Of a stretch of DNA of 64,000 bases, positions 1 through 12,352 are shown piece after piece. Each line of letters opens with the position of its first letter. The first letter of the stretch is position 1. Below the pieces are notes generated by a model, which ran no database searches, was not told the origin of the DNA, and saw nothing but the letters and a program-made list of their open reading frames with translations. Both the position numbers and the translations under genes were made by a program. Location: contig JAWMAR010000161.1 in NCBI GenBank assembly GCA_036785375.1, positions 3,348,001 to 3,412,000 on the forward strand. The letters are read 5' to 3'. Source of the stretch: Leucoraja ocellata. Lineage: Eukaryota.

Positions 1-61
1 GAAACAGACGAGTGCTTAACTGTATCCATTTTCTAATCAGAATCACTGTTCCACATTTAGT

Positions 62-371
62 CTAGTTTGGTTTCGTTTAGAGATACAGCGCGGAAACAGG
101 CCCTTCAGCCTACCAACTCCGCACTGACCAGCGATCCCCACATATTAACACTATCCTACACATATTAGGGACAATTTACACATACACCAAGCCAATTAAC
201 CTACATACCTGTACGGCTTTGGAGTGCGGGAGGAAACCAAAGATCTCTGAGAAAACCCACGTGGTCATGGGGCGAACGTACAAACTCTGTACATACCATC
301 GTACATACCCAGGTCTCTGGCGCTGCAAGCGCTGTATGGCAGCAACTCGACCGCTGCACCGCCATGGCCAC
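62..371 (-). mobile_element. tRNA-derived V-SINE (HE1-like)
   Basis: Reverse strand carries a tRNA-like head, the V-domain (GTTTGTACGTTC..CCC..GTGGGTTTTCTC..GGTTTCCTCCC) and a CR1-like tail ending in (CTAAA)n-like repeats. Similar to the copies at 3561, 9017, 31655 and 35016. Confidence 0.85.
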
Positions 372-1464
372 ACTTAACTGGATATCCAGCAAAGCTTCAA
401 ACCATTTTCAAACCATTTAGTGCTGCTGTTCACTGTTGTTAAGTAACATTTAACAGAGTAGCAAGTAATTTTATCTTATCTGCTGGAGGAAAAAACATTC
501 AATAAATTCCTCTTCTCTCTTTCCAAAATATTGCTAAATAAGGAAAGTATAAGGAAGAAGAGTTACGCTTTCATCAAGGGACATGGTTCAGGCTGAAATC
601 GCCTGCTCTCTTAGCCTCCATAAATAACTGAGAATAAAAGCAGCTCTTGGTGGAATAAAAAACTATTTACAAACTACACTCTACATTTAAATGGCTTAAC
701 TGTTTCAATAAAACATTCTCCTGCACAGCCCATGCAACTAAAACTAAAGAGCTCTTTTAAGCCAATTGCTCTCACAGGATTAATCTACATTGTGTAAGTG
801 AGTATTTTCAGTCAATTTGAATTGACCTGAGATCATGTAACATTCTACAGGAGATCATTCAAGGGATTTCAAAGGTGCCGAGGCAGTTGGTTCATCTTTG
901 ATGTCCTGTAATTCAGACTCAGTATCCAGCCCACTGGAAGAACGACAGGGCAAGGCTTTTACTGCCAACTGGCGTTGGTGTTGAACACATCCAGTGATGT
1001 GAAGTTGCAAAACTTAAGCTGTTGCCTAATCTGCCTCTGCACAGGCTAGATACCTGCATGTGAAAGTAATGAAGGAAGAGAAGAATCTAGGGAGCTCTTT
1101 TCCCAGCATTAAAGAGCCAACAATACAAAATTAAATTAATAAAGTGCATGTCAGATCTATATTTTCAGAACTGCAGGACAAATGTGGCAATCTTGTTGCG
1201 GTAGAAAATATATATTTTTTTAATTGGAGATCCACTTTAGGTTTAAAACGTCATTCAGCGATTCTGGGTGACACTGCCAATATGAACGGCAACATGCCGT
1301 TCCAAATGATGATTAAGAATCATTCACATTATGGTTGAAACTAGGCAACAGAGAGAGAGAGGATCACTTCCCTAAAGGACGTAAAGAAACCTATTGGAGA
1401 TTAGACGAATAATAACTTTGACTACTTGCAGTTTGTTATTTTCAGATTAATTAAAGCTTTTCGA

Positions 1465-1876
1465 AAAATAGAAACATAGAAAATAGGTACAGGAGTAGGT
1501 CATTTGGCCCTTCGAGCCAACACCACCATACAATATGATCATGGCTGATCGTCCAGAATCAGAACCCCGTTCCTGCTTTTTCCCCCATATCCCTTGATTC
1601 AGTTAGCCCTAAGAGCTATACCCAACGAATACATCCAGTAAATTAGCCTCCTCTGCCTTCTGTGGCTGAGAATTCCAAAGATTCACAACTCTCTGGATGA
1701 AAACGTTTTTCCTAATCTCAGTCCTAAACGGCCTACCACTTATTCTTAAACTGTGACCCCTGGTTCTAGACTCCCCCAACATCGGGAATATTTTTCCTGC
1801 ATCTACCCTGTCCAATCCCTTAATAATTTTATGTTTCCATAAGATCTCCTCTCAGCCTTCTAAATTCCAGTGAATA
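1465..1876 (-). mobile_element. CR1/HER1-type LINE 3' fragment, interrupted by the Tc1 element
   Basis: Minus ORF DRVDAGKIFPMLGESRTRGHSLRI..FRTEIRKNVFIQRVVNLWNS is the typical CR1 ORF2 C-terminus, followed by a (TTTCTATG)-type tail. Confidence 0.88.
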
Positions 1877-1878
1877 TA

Positions 1879-3470
1879 TAGTCCATTCAGAAAGTATTCA
1901 GACCACTTCACTTTTTCCACCTTTTGTTACGTTACAGCCTTATTCTAAAATGGATTAAATATTTTTTTTTATCATCAATCTACACACAATACCCCATAAT
2001 AAAAAGGTGTTTAGAAATTGCAAAGTAAGTAAAAATAAATAACTGAAATATCACATTTACATAAGTGTTCAGACCCTTTACTCAGTACTTTGTTGAGGCA
2101 CCTTTGGTAGCGATTACAGCCTCAAGTCTTCTTGGGTATGATGCTACAAGTTTGGCACACTTGGATCTGGGTAATTTCTCCCATTCTTCTCTGCAGATCC
2201 TCTCAAGCTGTCAGGTTGGATGGGGAGCTTCGATGCTATCTTATGTCCCTTCAGAGATTTTCGATCGAGTTCAAGTCCGGGCTTTGGCAGGGCCATTCAA
2301 GGACATTCACAGATTTGTCATGAAGCCACTCCTGCATTGTCTTGGCTGTGTGCTTAGGGTCGTTGTCCTGTTGAAAGGTGAACCTCCACCCCAGTCTGAG
2401 GTCCTGAACCCTCAGGAGCAGGTTTTCATCAGGGATCTCTCTGTACTTTGCTTCATTCATCTTTCCCTTGATCCTGACTAGTCCCCCAGTTCCTGCCGCT
2501 GAAAAACATTTCCACAGCATGATGCTGCCACTGCCATGCATCACCGTAGGTATATTATTGGCCAGGTGATGAGCGGTGCCTGGTTTCCTCCAGGTGTGAC
2601 ACTTGGCATTCAGGCCAAAGAGTTCAATCCTGGTTTAATCAGACCAGAGAATCTTGTTTTCGTGCCTTTTGGAAAACTCCAAGCGGGCTGTCATGTGACT
2701 TTTACTGAGGGGTGGCTTCCTCTGGCCACTCTTCCATTAAGGCCTGATTGGTGGTGTGCCGCAAATATAGTTGTCCTTCTGGAAGATTCTCCCATTTCCA
2801 CAGAGGAACTGTGGAGCACTGTCAGAGTGACCATCGGGTTCTTGGTCACCTCCCTGACCAAGGCCCTTCTCCCCCGATTGCTCAGTTTGGCCAGTCGGTT
2901 AGCTCTATGAAGAGTCCTGGTGGTTCTAAAGTTCTTCCATTTAAGAATGACGGAGGCCACTGTGCTCTTCGGGACCTGCAATGCTGCAGAAATTGTTTTA
3001 TACCCTTCCCCATATCTGTGTCTCGACACAATCCTGTCTCGGAAGTCTACAGCCAATTCCTTCATCTTCAAGGCTTGGTTTTTGCTCTGACATGCACTGT
3101 CGACTGTGGGACCTTATATAGACAGGTGTGTGCCTTTCCATATCATGTACAATCAATTTAATTTACCACTGGTGGACTACAATCAAGTTGTAGAAACATC
3201 TCAAAGATAATCAATGGAAACGGGATGCACCCAAGCTCAATTTTGTGTGTCATAGCAAGGGGTCTGAATACTTATGTAAATGTATTATTTCAGTTATTTC
3301 TTTTTAAATACTTTGCAAAAATTTCAAAACACCTGTTTTCACTTTTTTATTATGGGGTATTAGATTGATGATTAAAAAAATGAATTTAATCAATTATAGA
3401 ATAAACCAGTAACGTAGCAAAATGTGGAAAAAGTGAAGTGGTCTGGTCTGAATACTTTCTGAATGCACTG
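1879..3470 (-). mobile_element. Full-length but inactivated Tc1-family (DD34E) DNA transposon with ~200 bp IR/DR terminal inverted repeats and TA target duplication
   Basis: Ends TA|TAGTCCATTCAGAAAGTATTCAGACC and GGTCTGAATACTTTCTGAATGCACTG|TA. Inner direct repeats at ~2063 and ~3258. Contains a decayed transposase. Confidence 0.96.
2082..3071 (-). pseudogene. Tc1 transposase pseudogene
   Basis: HTH region KELAVDFRDRIVSRH..GYKTISAALQVPKSTV; catalytic motifs [13 protein letters not shown] and [10 protein letters not shown], with 34 residues between the second D and E. The start codon appears mutated to TTG; stops and deletions occur near 2630-2690 and 2240. Confidence 0.93.
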
Positions 3471-3560
3471 TAAGCCCATTTTTTAAGCATTAAGAAATTG
3501 TTTGAAATTGCATGGTTAAAGCAAGACAGATACTAGTTGTCAGACAAGAATACAGCAGAA

Positions 3561-3845
3561 ACTTTAGACTTTAGAGAAACAATGCAGAAACAGGCCCATC
3601 AGCCCACTAAGTCCATGCTGACCAGCGATCACCCTGTACACTAGCTCTATCCCACACCCCAGAGATAAGTTACTATTTTTAGAAGCCAATTAACTTACAA
3701 ACCTATACGACTTAGGAGTGTGGGAGGAAATCAGAGCATGGGGTGAACGTACAAACACTCTACAGACAACACACGTAGTCAGGATCGAACCTGGGTCTTT
3801 GGCACTGTAAGGCAGCAACTCTACCGCTGCGCCACCATGCTGCCC
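3561..3845 (-). mobile_element. V-SINE (HE1-like), internally deleted
   Basis: tRNA head with B-box GGGTTCGATCC on the minus strand; partial V-domain; CR1-like tail. Confidence 0.82.
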
Positions 3846-3914
3846 CATTTTTTTTCATTTAAAATATCTTTTGCAGAATCCACAAAATACAAACCAAACA
3901 TATTTTGCTCAAAG

Positions 3915-4270
3915 GATTAAAAAACTGCAAATGCTAGAAATCCAAAACAAAAATAAAAAATGCCAGAGCATTCAGCAGGTCAGCAGCATCCATCATGACA
4001 GAAATGTCATCAATGTTTCAAGTCAAGGAGCCTTCATCAGAACTGGAACAACGAGAGAAAAAGCAGGGTTCAACTTGCATAGTGGGATGTGTGGCAAAAA
4101 CTAATGGAATGCATTTAATTGTGTGCAGGTCACAAACCATAGAACCCTCTCACCATTGTAAAACATATAATCAATTACTCACATTTACAGTTCTGATGAC
4201 ATTGACCTTGTTTTTCCGTCACTGGATAAAGCCCGACCTGCTGAGTGCTTCGAGCATTTTCTGTTTTTGT
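3915..4270. mobile_element. Two old Penelope-derived short elements in inverted orientation
   Basis: 3915-4045 (minus: CTGATGA..GAAAC..GCTGCTGACCTGCTGAATGCTCTGGCATTTT) and 4190-4270 (plus: TTCTGATGA..CCCGACCTGCTGAGTGCTTCGAGCATTTTCTG). Confidence 0.6.
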
Positions 4271-5169
4271 TATATATATATCAAACATTTTTTTACAATG
4301 CTCTTTAAAAATCTGAAAATTTGTGACCTCTTTTGGATTGGATTTTAACAGTTTAGATTTTCCACTGATTGACTCTATCTGGGTGATCCTGAACATCTGA
4401 TAATGTGGCCCTGCAGGCAGTGGGGAAGAGAAACAATGAGGGAGATGAAGAGAGCCAGAGAGTTGGCATGAAGGATGAACTGTGGCAATTGCAACACAGA
4501 ATGAACCTATTCTTCTCCTCACACTTATTCTCAATCAGACAGAAAGACAGGCTCACAGAAAAATATTCCATTCGGAAAAGAATGAACCTTGGATCGACCT
4601 TTGAGCTTCCTATTAGCTTTTATGTGTCTGGTTTCATTATGGAGCAATTACCTTCGTGATTCTATCAAAATGCTACAACATAAATGTTCTTCAAACTTTG
4701 AAAGAACCCTAAGTATCTGTGCTTGATAATGCAGTAAAGGTTGAGATTAAATTTAACGGTGTTGCAAAGCAAAAAATGGTCCTCTGTTGTCTTCTGAAGG
4801 ACGATATAAATCACAAGACAAGGGAACAAGAGGTTTCTTGATCTGAAACATTTAAAAACTGTCAGTGGGTAGGGGGAAGGGGGGGGGGAGGTCATTTCAG
4901 TTTATGCTTCCCAAAGCAGTCAGAATTGATGTGATACTCAAAGATCAAAGACTCAGTTTAGATAATGTGGTCAGACTGCAGTCAATTTGATTCATATTCA
5001 TGTATGAATTGGCATAATATGAATGTAGATTGGAGTGGAGCATTATCATTACACAAATGAAAAATGTTTGTCGCATTGTACAATCTATGCCCATGGAAAT
5101 AATCGGATTCATTTAAATTCTGCAAATTGCCAGCAGTGCTCATAAAAACCACTCGTATTTAGTTTCTTC

Positions 5170-6720
5170 CAAAGAAGCAAAAATTCTTTGGATACAGGGA
5201 AGGCTCCATTAGATTGGAAAATAGCAAATGTAACTCCATTATTCAAGAGGAAGGAGGAAAGCAGGAAACTGCAGGTCAGCTAAGCTTAGCATTTGCTGGA
5301 GTAAAAATGTTGGAAACTATGTTTAAACTTAGAAATGCTCTTTGAAAAACTCCAGGTAATCAGACAAAGTCAACATAGTTCTCTGAAAGTGAAATCATGT
5401 TTGATCAATGTATTTGAGTTGTTTGAAGAAGTAACATGCCTGTGGGTGTAAATGGACCAATGGATACATTATACTTGGATTTCCATAAGGGATTTGATAA
5501 AGTGCGGCATCAAAGATTGGCACAGAAAATAGAAACATGATATAGGAAGTAACTTTTGGCATGGTTAGAAGATTGGCTGGCTCTCAGAAAACAAAGAGTG
5601 GGCATGAACATGTATTTTTTTGGTTGGCGTGATATAACGATTAGTTATAAATCATTCGATCTGGCCAAACAAGGATCTAATGATTTTTGATTAGCAAGAT
5701 CTAATAGTCTCAATCAATTACAATGCATGTACATGCCATGGCTGAAGGCACAGAGGTATGGTTACTAAGTGTGCTGATGACACAGATATATATAATGTTG
5801 TCTCAAGGATGTAATGAGGCTATAACGGGATATAGGTAAGTTCAATGAATAGGCAAATGTCTGACAAAATGAGGATAATGCGGGGAAGTTGAAATTGGTT
5901 AAATTAAAGAATATTTAATCTAAATCGTCATAGTTTGTAGAGCGCTAAAGAATAGAGGGATTTGAGTGCCTTGATTCATAAATGGTTACTACGCAGATAC
6001 AACAAGTAATCTGGAAAACTAACAGAATGTTACTGTTTCTTGCTGGGGATTTGTATTAGAAATGTAGGGAGATTATGTTTCAGTTCTGCAGGGCATTGGC
6101 AAAAAACACATTTGGAGTACTGTGCGTGAGCTTATTTAAGGAACGATATGAATATGTTGGAAGCAGTTCAGAGAAGGTTTACTGGACTAGTGCATGGAAT
6201 AAATGGATTGTCTCATGAGAATTGCTGTAGTATTGAAGAATGAGAGGACATGGTAGATTGAAACTAAAAAGTTACTGATGGGTTTTGACATGGTAGATGT
6301 GGAGAGGATATATATTCTCTTGTAAGAATATGAAAAATGCCACTGTGTAATGGCCCTGTCTCACTTTCCCGAGTTTCTCACGAACTCTCCCGAGTTTTCC
6401 CCTTGATTCGAACTCGGTAAATTATGGAAATAGCCGTTCGTAGGTACTCATGGCTATTTTTTTAAACTCGTGGACATTTTACAACATGTTGAAAAAACGT
6501 CACGACTTACCTGATGCCCCGAGTTCCTACGGCTGGCATTACGAGCCGCTATGAAACATCTACTGACTCCTACGGATTCTCTACCGACATTACCCAACAT
6601 TCCCCGAGTTCAAATCAAAGGGAAAACTCGGGAGAGTTTGTGAGGAACTCGGGAAAGTGGGACAGGGCCTTTAAAATAATTGAATGACAATTGAGACACT
6701 TCATTTATTTGCTTCTGTAC
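5170..6720 (+). mobile_element. Degenerate CR1-type LINE ORF2 (RT) fragment, interrupted by a MITE at 6351-6670
   Basis: Decayed motifs DWKIANVTPLFK, YLDFHKGFDKV, AWLEDWL..RKQRV, KCADDT and LEAVQRRFT with many stops. Confidence 0.82.
6351..6670. mobile_element. Non-autonomous DNA transposon (MITE) with ~65 bp TIRs, probably PIF/Harbinger-like
   Basis: Left GGCCCTGTCTCACTTTCCCGAGTTTCTCACGAACTCTCCCGAGTTTTCCCCTTGATTCGAACTCGG is the inverted complement of right CCGAGTTCAAATCAAAGGGAAAACTCGGGAGAGTTTGTGAGGAACTCGGGAAAGTGGGACAGGGCC. Flanked by TAA/TTA. The superfamily is inferred from the flanks. Confidence 0.85.
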
Positions 6721-7355
6721 TATACACGACAGATTTGCAGACCTAGTCACAGGCTCATATGGGTTTATATCACAGAAGGAGGCCAAAGACATATTGTGTC
6801 CATGCCGAATAAACCCATGTTCTTGCTCTCAGTCCTAACCCAGGTTACAGCACAATACGTGCTTCTGCATCTTAATTTAAAGTCTGATGATACTTTCTAC
6901 TTCCCCTGTGGACACCAAGTCGCACCGTTCTTAGTGTGATAAAAAAATTACTTAAATCATCCATTCTAATTCTAAGTCTATTCCCCTTACTTACTCAAAC
7001 TTTGCCACTCCTCCCCCTTCTGTCATGGGGTAGACTGAGACTGAGACTGACTCCCCCCGCCCCCCTCCCCAATCTATGCACGCCCCCCAAGCCTTTCCAC
7101 TAGTCACTTTAATTTCATGTATTTTATGTTTTTTATGATGGTTGGCAGATCAATTATCCTCCTGGGATAAATAACATTCTATCGTGTTGTACTGTATCGT
7201 ATCGTAACATACTGGCCTCTCAGCGAATAGTATCCACACCAGAAGCACATATTTTCACTTTTAAAGACATTGAAAAAACATACATGTGATTGTTTTCTAC
7301 ATGATTGGTTTACTTGTCAAAATGTAGTCACCAGTGTCTATGGAACACAATCCAT

Positions 7356-7487
7356 TCTGAAAAAGGGTCTCAACCTGAATTGTCACCCATTCCTTTTCTC
7401 CAGAGATGCTGCCTGACCCACAAAGTTACTCCAGCTTTTTGTGTCTACCTTTGGTTTAAACCAGCATCTGCAGTTCCTTCCTACACA
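7356..7487 (+). mobile_element. Short Penelope-derived element (degenerate hammerhead core), ~27 bp from the ALX1 exon 3 donor
   Basis: CTGAAAAAGGGTCTCAACCTGAATTGTCACCC..CCAGAGATGCTGCCTGACC..GTTACTCCAGC..CCAGCATCTGCAGTTCCTTCCTACAC, similar to the copy at 25184. Confidence 0.75.
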
Positions 7488-7513
7488 ATTCCCTCTGCCT
7501 TCATTTCACCTAC

Positions 7514-7642
7514 CTGTGAGTATGTTTCTGTCCTTGGTAAAAGAGATATATCATAGGAGGTTGCAAAGTGGTTTCGAGCTTGCTGTAACTGGCCATATCG
7601 TTCCCTCTTTCTCCATTTTGCTCTTCTATTTTGAAACCAAAC
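7514..7642 (-). CDS. ALX1: ALX1 coding exon 3 (129 bp; homeodomain helix 3 with Q50, plus the conserved post-homeodomain segment)
   Basis: Acceptor tttctcacag|GTTTGG and donor CAG|GTAGGT, phase 0/0. Encodes [43 protein letters not shown] (human [43 protein letters not shown]). Confidence 0.97.
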
Positions 7643-9016
7643 CTGTGAGAAATAACACATCAGAGTTCTCATTTCTTGTGTGATTGACAACCATGTAATA
7701 GCAGTGTAAGCTTCCTTGGAAGCTCGAAGATTGTCAGTTTCCACCATGTTAGTTTCCACCATGGAAAGCCTCTTTGACATTTTGCTCTGGAGGAACATGC
7801 ATTGAAAGAAAGGTTTCTCCAGCTTAATGTTTGAAAGATAATATCAGCTATCCAACAAGTGCATTATCATCATTGGAAAATATACACATTCATTCGTGCA
7901 CTGAAATAATCAAATAAATTAATCTTGAAAGGTGTTAGAAAACCGTTGGTGAACAGAAAAGTAAAGAGAAAGTTATGGGATAAAAAATAAGCACAGACAA
8001 TTTAAAAAAATGAATGAGAGCAAATCTGCTCCAAATCACGTAGAATGTAAAATAAGCAATCAATTTTATTATAGTTAGAATGAGAAACATACTGTTGATT
8101 TGCTATCATTTGTTTTGTGCTACATCTCGGGTCAATTTTATATCCCAGATCATCCTTATTTAGAAAAATTGTGGCTCTTCAGAGAAGTGGGAAGCAACTG
8201 CTGCAGAATGAATTTGGAAACAGTTTATTGCATTTTAATGTCAACATTGGTTTGGATCCAAATCATGAGATATACGTCTGAAGTCAACGTTAAATGTTTA
8301 CGCAGCAAAGTCCATCCTCTCTTTCCTAGCCATTGATGGATGTAAGTGGACAACATCTTGGCTTCACAAGAAAGAAAAATAATGATTATACATTGTGTAA
8401 TATCCCATAAAACAAAGTAAACAGATACCAGCCGAGAGATCACTCCCCTGTCACAGGGCTTTTAATTGAAGCAAGAATTACTACATTCTTTGCTATTCTA
8501 TTTGAATATCCATGCTAGAGCTAAGATTCTATTTTGACTCTCTATCCATAGTCTACCGCTCTGATGTGAGTTTTAACATAGCAATGAACCCACATAAGAA
8601 AACAAGCCATTGTTGAAAAAAGGCTTAGCTTAGCTTGGTCAACATGGAGGAGTTGGGCCGAAGAGCCTGTTTCCGTGCTGTGTGACTCTCTGCCTTTAAA
8701 TTAGATAAAACTAGTACTGTTTAAGATAGTTACAATAATGGTCAAAATTTATATTCAGCTACCAATTTATTTAGTTTGGAATGTTCAAGCTCATAAATCA
8801 TCCCCCCTCTATAGTAACCCTACAGTCAATATCAATTATTGTTGCATCTGCTCAGATAAATGACAGACGATGCACCACATGGTCCACTATGGACTCACAG
8901 GACACATATATCAATATGTCAACATATTTGTCCTGTTGTTGAAGGCATCACAACAGGTTGCAAATTCCAGCTTATGAGAAAGGCACACAATTATTTTCAA
9001 ACCAAGAACCAACTCA

Positions 9017-9316
9017 TGGCACAGCGGTAGAGTTGCTGCCTTACAACGGCAGAGATCTTAGCTTGATCATGACTATAGGTGCTATCTGTACGGAGTTTGT
9101 AAGTTCTTCCCATGACCATGTGGGTTTCTCCTGAGGTACTCCAGTTTCCTCCCACTCTCCAAAGACGTACAGGTTAGTAGATTAATTTGACTTTGGTAAA
9201 AATTGTAAATTGTCTCTAGTGTGTACGATAGTGTTAGTATAAGGGGTGGTCGCTGGTTGGTGCAGACCCGGTGGGCAGAAGGCTTTGATTCTGTGCTGTA
9301 TCTCTAAACTAAACTA
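9017..9316 (+). mobile_element. V-SINE (HE1-like)
   Basis: TGGCACAGCGGTAGAGTTGCTGCC head, V-domain and CTAAACTAAACTA tail. Confidence 0.85.
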
Positions 9317-9884
9317 TGAAGATGGCACATATTTCACAGAATCTGTGTAGATGCTTTTTAAATACATAGAAAGGATAATCTGATGTAAGCACTTTCTTTC
9401 AAAATGTGCGTACAGTCAATGTCAGCACTGTGCTGAGGGTGGAGTGGATTTTGCATGAATTTCCTGAAAGGAATCGGGTGGTAAATTGTTACCACTGCAG
9501 TTTTATTTTAACATTTAATGTTAATGACAAAAGCAAAGGATCTTGTGCGATCAACATGGGCTATTAATGGATTTGCATGTCTTGAAAGGTTAATTTAAAC
9601 TAAATGTGAAGAAGGGTTGAGCAATATTATGAAGCCGGTACAACCCAGAGCTGTGTGGCAATCGGGACATATCATGCCAGCTGTATGGCTACACTGCTGT
9701 ATGATGCAGGGTCAGTCTCCAGCAAATTGTTTGTTGGTCCAGACACCAGCATCTGTCGTATCTCGTGTCTCCGCAGCTGTACTGCCACGTATAATTTCGC
9801 CATTTATTATTTTCTGATACAGGGCCAACACCAATTTTCTGGCAACTGGTGATCTGGCACCTGCTATAATCTGGACAAAATTAC

Positions 9885-10156
9885 GAGAACGCATTTGAAA
9901 TACCCTCTCTCCCGGGATGTAGTGCCTAGACCGGGCGAGGAGGCCGTTCTCAACCTCATTGGGACTTCCGCACTGATCGGCGGGTGGAATTTGCCCCCTG
10001 CGACTGGGACTCTGGAACTCCAACCCAGCCAGAGCCAGCAGATCTGTTCCCATAGCCAATTTCTGAAGCCAACTTTGCGGGCCGGTATCTCAGTTCTTCG
10101 GTGGCCTAGACGGACCGTTGCGGTACCGTTAAACTCCTCTCGGGGGCTGTGACGTT
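9885..10156. repeat. GC/CpG-rich insert in ALX1 intron 2, probably an internal fragment of an unclassified transposon
   Basis: Abrupt shift in composition relative to the AT-rich flanks; no termini or recognisable protein. Confidence 0.4.
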
Positions 10157-10278
10157 TGTTGGTCTGGCAAAACGTATAATCCAGAAAGCCAAATCAACGG
10201 TGGACATTTACTGCTTGCACAAATTACACATTTCTTTCTTCTTCAGTATGTTTCCATTCTCATCCTTCAGCAACAGTA

Positions 10279-10308
<30 letters not shown>
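10279..10308 (+). repeat. Poly-G run (30 nt)
   Basis: Seen directly. Confidence 0.95.
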
Positions 10309-10309
<1 letters not shown>

Positions 10310-12177
10310 GAACTACCATATAACATTCTTTAATATGGCAGAAATGCTTGTGAATTTGAATTATCTTTTTGCAGTTATTTTATCAACTTAGCAACATTAT
10401 CAATGAAAATGTACTAATTAAGCATTATTTTTTTCAAATAGAAAAGTACTGATACATGTCATTGGATCCCTATTAACCCCATCCCCCATGGCCCTGTCAA
10501 AATAGGTGCTGTCTTATTTTTATATGCACTGAAATGCTAATGATAACTTTAACCATCATGACATATCATGTTATCCCATGATCTCTTCTGTGTCTGTGGT
10601 TCAGGATATACGATTGGAATTAATATGCATTTTTCTCAACAAAGAACAGTCTGGAGAATATCTTGCCCTGATTAAACATGTGAATTTATTTGGTTCCACC
10701 CATGCGCCAATATTTTGTGCAATATTAGATAGTATCTGAAGAAGTATGTGTAGGTAATAGAGTCAATTCCAAAAAACCGAAATCCTAAATTTTCAAATCT
10801 GTCATTTGCAAATTCTTGTGGCATCAACGATACCTTTCAGCTTTTGTGATGATTATCCACTGTAAAGTTATTTTTTAGACCATATACATGATATTGAGAG
10901 CAGTGCAACAAATCCAGAACAGTGAAGCGCTGTGTTATCGTACACGGGAAATGAAGTTTTATTTCACAAGTGATAAAATCTTGAATGAGTAATGGTTGGA
11001 ATCGGAAATAAGCCATTGGTGGACTTCTAATCAATGTGCTTATTAACTGTATGTGATCTGGTAACCAAATAACACAACTATAAATTTATTTAAAAAATCC
11101 CAAGAGAGGAGAATGTGATGAGGCCAAGAATAGAATTGCAGAATTGCACTAATGCAAAACAGATCAACTACAAAAATATATTTAATCTCAGAAATTGATA
11201 ATCATCTTATTGCTCTATTACTGGTAAGATAATTGTATTCATCTGGCACCTATGATTTATTTTGTAAATTCATGCATAAATATTTTACTCAACTAAATAA
11301 ATGGAAGCTGCTCAGGGTTTATTTAATGCCAAAAATCAGTAGAAGTACATTTTGATAGCCAATAGAAATAATATTCATATCCACTAATGTTTATATATAC
11401 AACTGATTTGTGGTCAATATATTAAATGGGAAAAGGTTTAATTAATTTCCAGTATAATGCTAGACATTTGCTATTTGAGAAAGATAGTATTCACAATATT
11501 CAACAACAACTCTGCACAGCAAAGAGCATCAGCTAGAATATTAAAGTTAGGAGAAATTATTTTGTTTTAACTTCTGCTTTGGTAATTTCTATTTATCCGT
11601 TTATAGGTAAGATCTTCTTGTCAAAGAAATTGTAAGTCAAATGTTGCCATAACTAATGATATGCATACATTAAGTGTGGTACAGATCTGTGGCGAAACAA
11701 CAAAATCTAAAAGATGCTACCTGAATTCCATTGATCTTTAATCAACTTTGCAATAATGCCTTTTTGCTATTTTTCTCACCAATAGTAAGCAATGAACATT
11801 GTGTTGGTGCATTAGGTCATCAAATCTGCCTCAATTTTACGAGTTGATATTTAATAGTGTAACAATGATTATCACAGTAATAATTTTCAACAACTGCAAA
11901 CCAGTTTCTTTAGCATGGACATTTACCAATACATGCGTCGGGGCCCATTTGCTCAGACATCAATTTTTTGGAAAAGGTCTTAAAAATAACAAATTTTAAA
12001 TTTTAACTTTAGCATTTGTGGTAGGGGGCAAAACGATAAGGTCTTCACCATAATAATTTAAATAATCCTAACAGTAATCCACTGAATCTAAATGAACAAA
12101 TAAATAGTAGGCAGCATAAATTGGATATAAATTGTGTACAGAGAGAGACAGGGGGGGAGTGAGAGAGAATGAGAGAG

Positions 12178-12352
12178 NNNNNNNNNNNNNNNNNNNNNNN
12201 NNNNNNNNNNNNNNNNNNNNNNNNNNNNNNNNNNNNNNNNNNNNNNNNNNNNNNNNNNNNNNNNNNNNNNNNNNNNNNNNNNNNNNNNNNNNNNNNNNNN
12301 NNNNNNNNNNNNNNNNNNNNNNNNNNNNNNNNNNNNNNNNNNNNNNNNNNNN
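12178..12352. other. Assembly gap (175 N) next to a (GA)n microsatellite
   Basis: Seen directly. Confidence 1.

Noticed and set aside
1-7513. ALX1 exon 4 (IQNNLW...SSIAVLRMKAKEH OAR motif)
   Set aside because: No such translation in the ORF track or by eye on the minus strand. It probably lies beyond the left edge, so its absence is not evidence of truncation.
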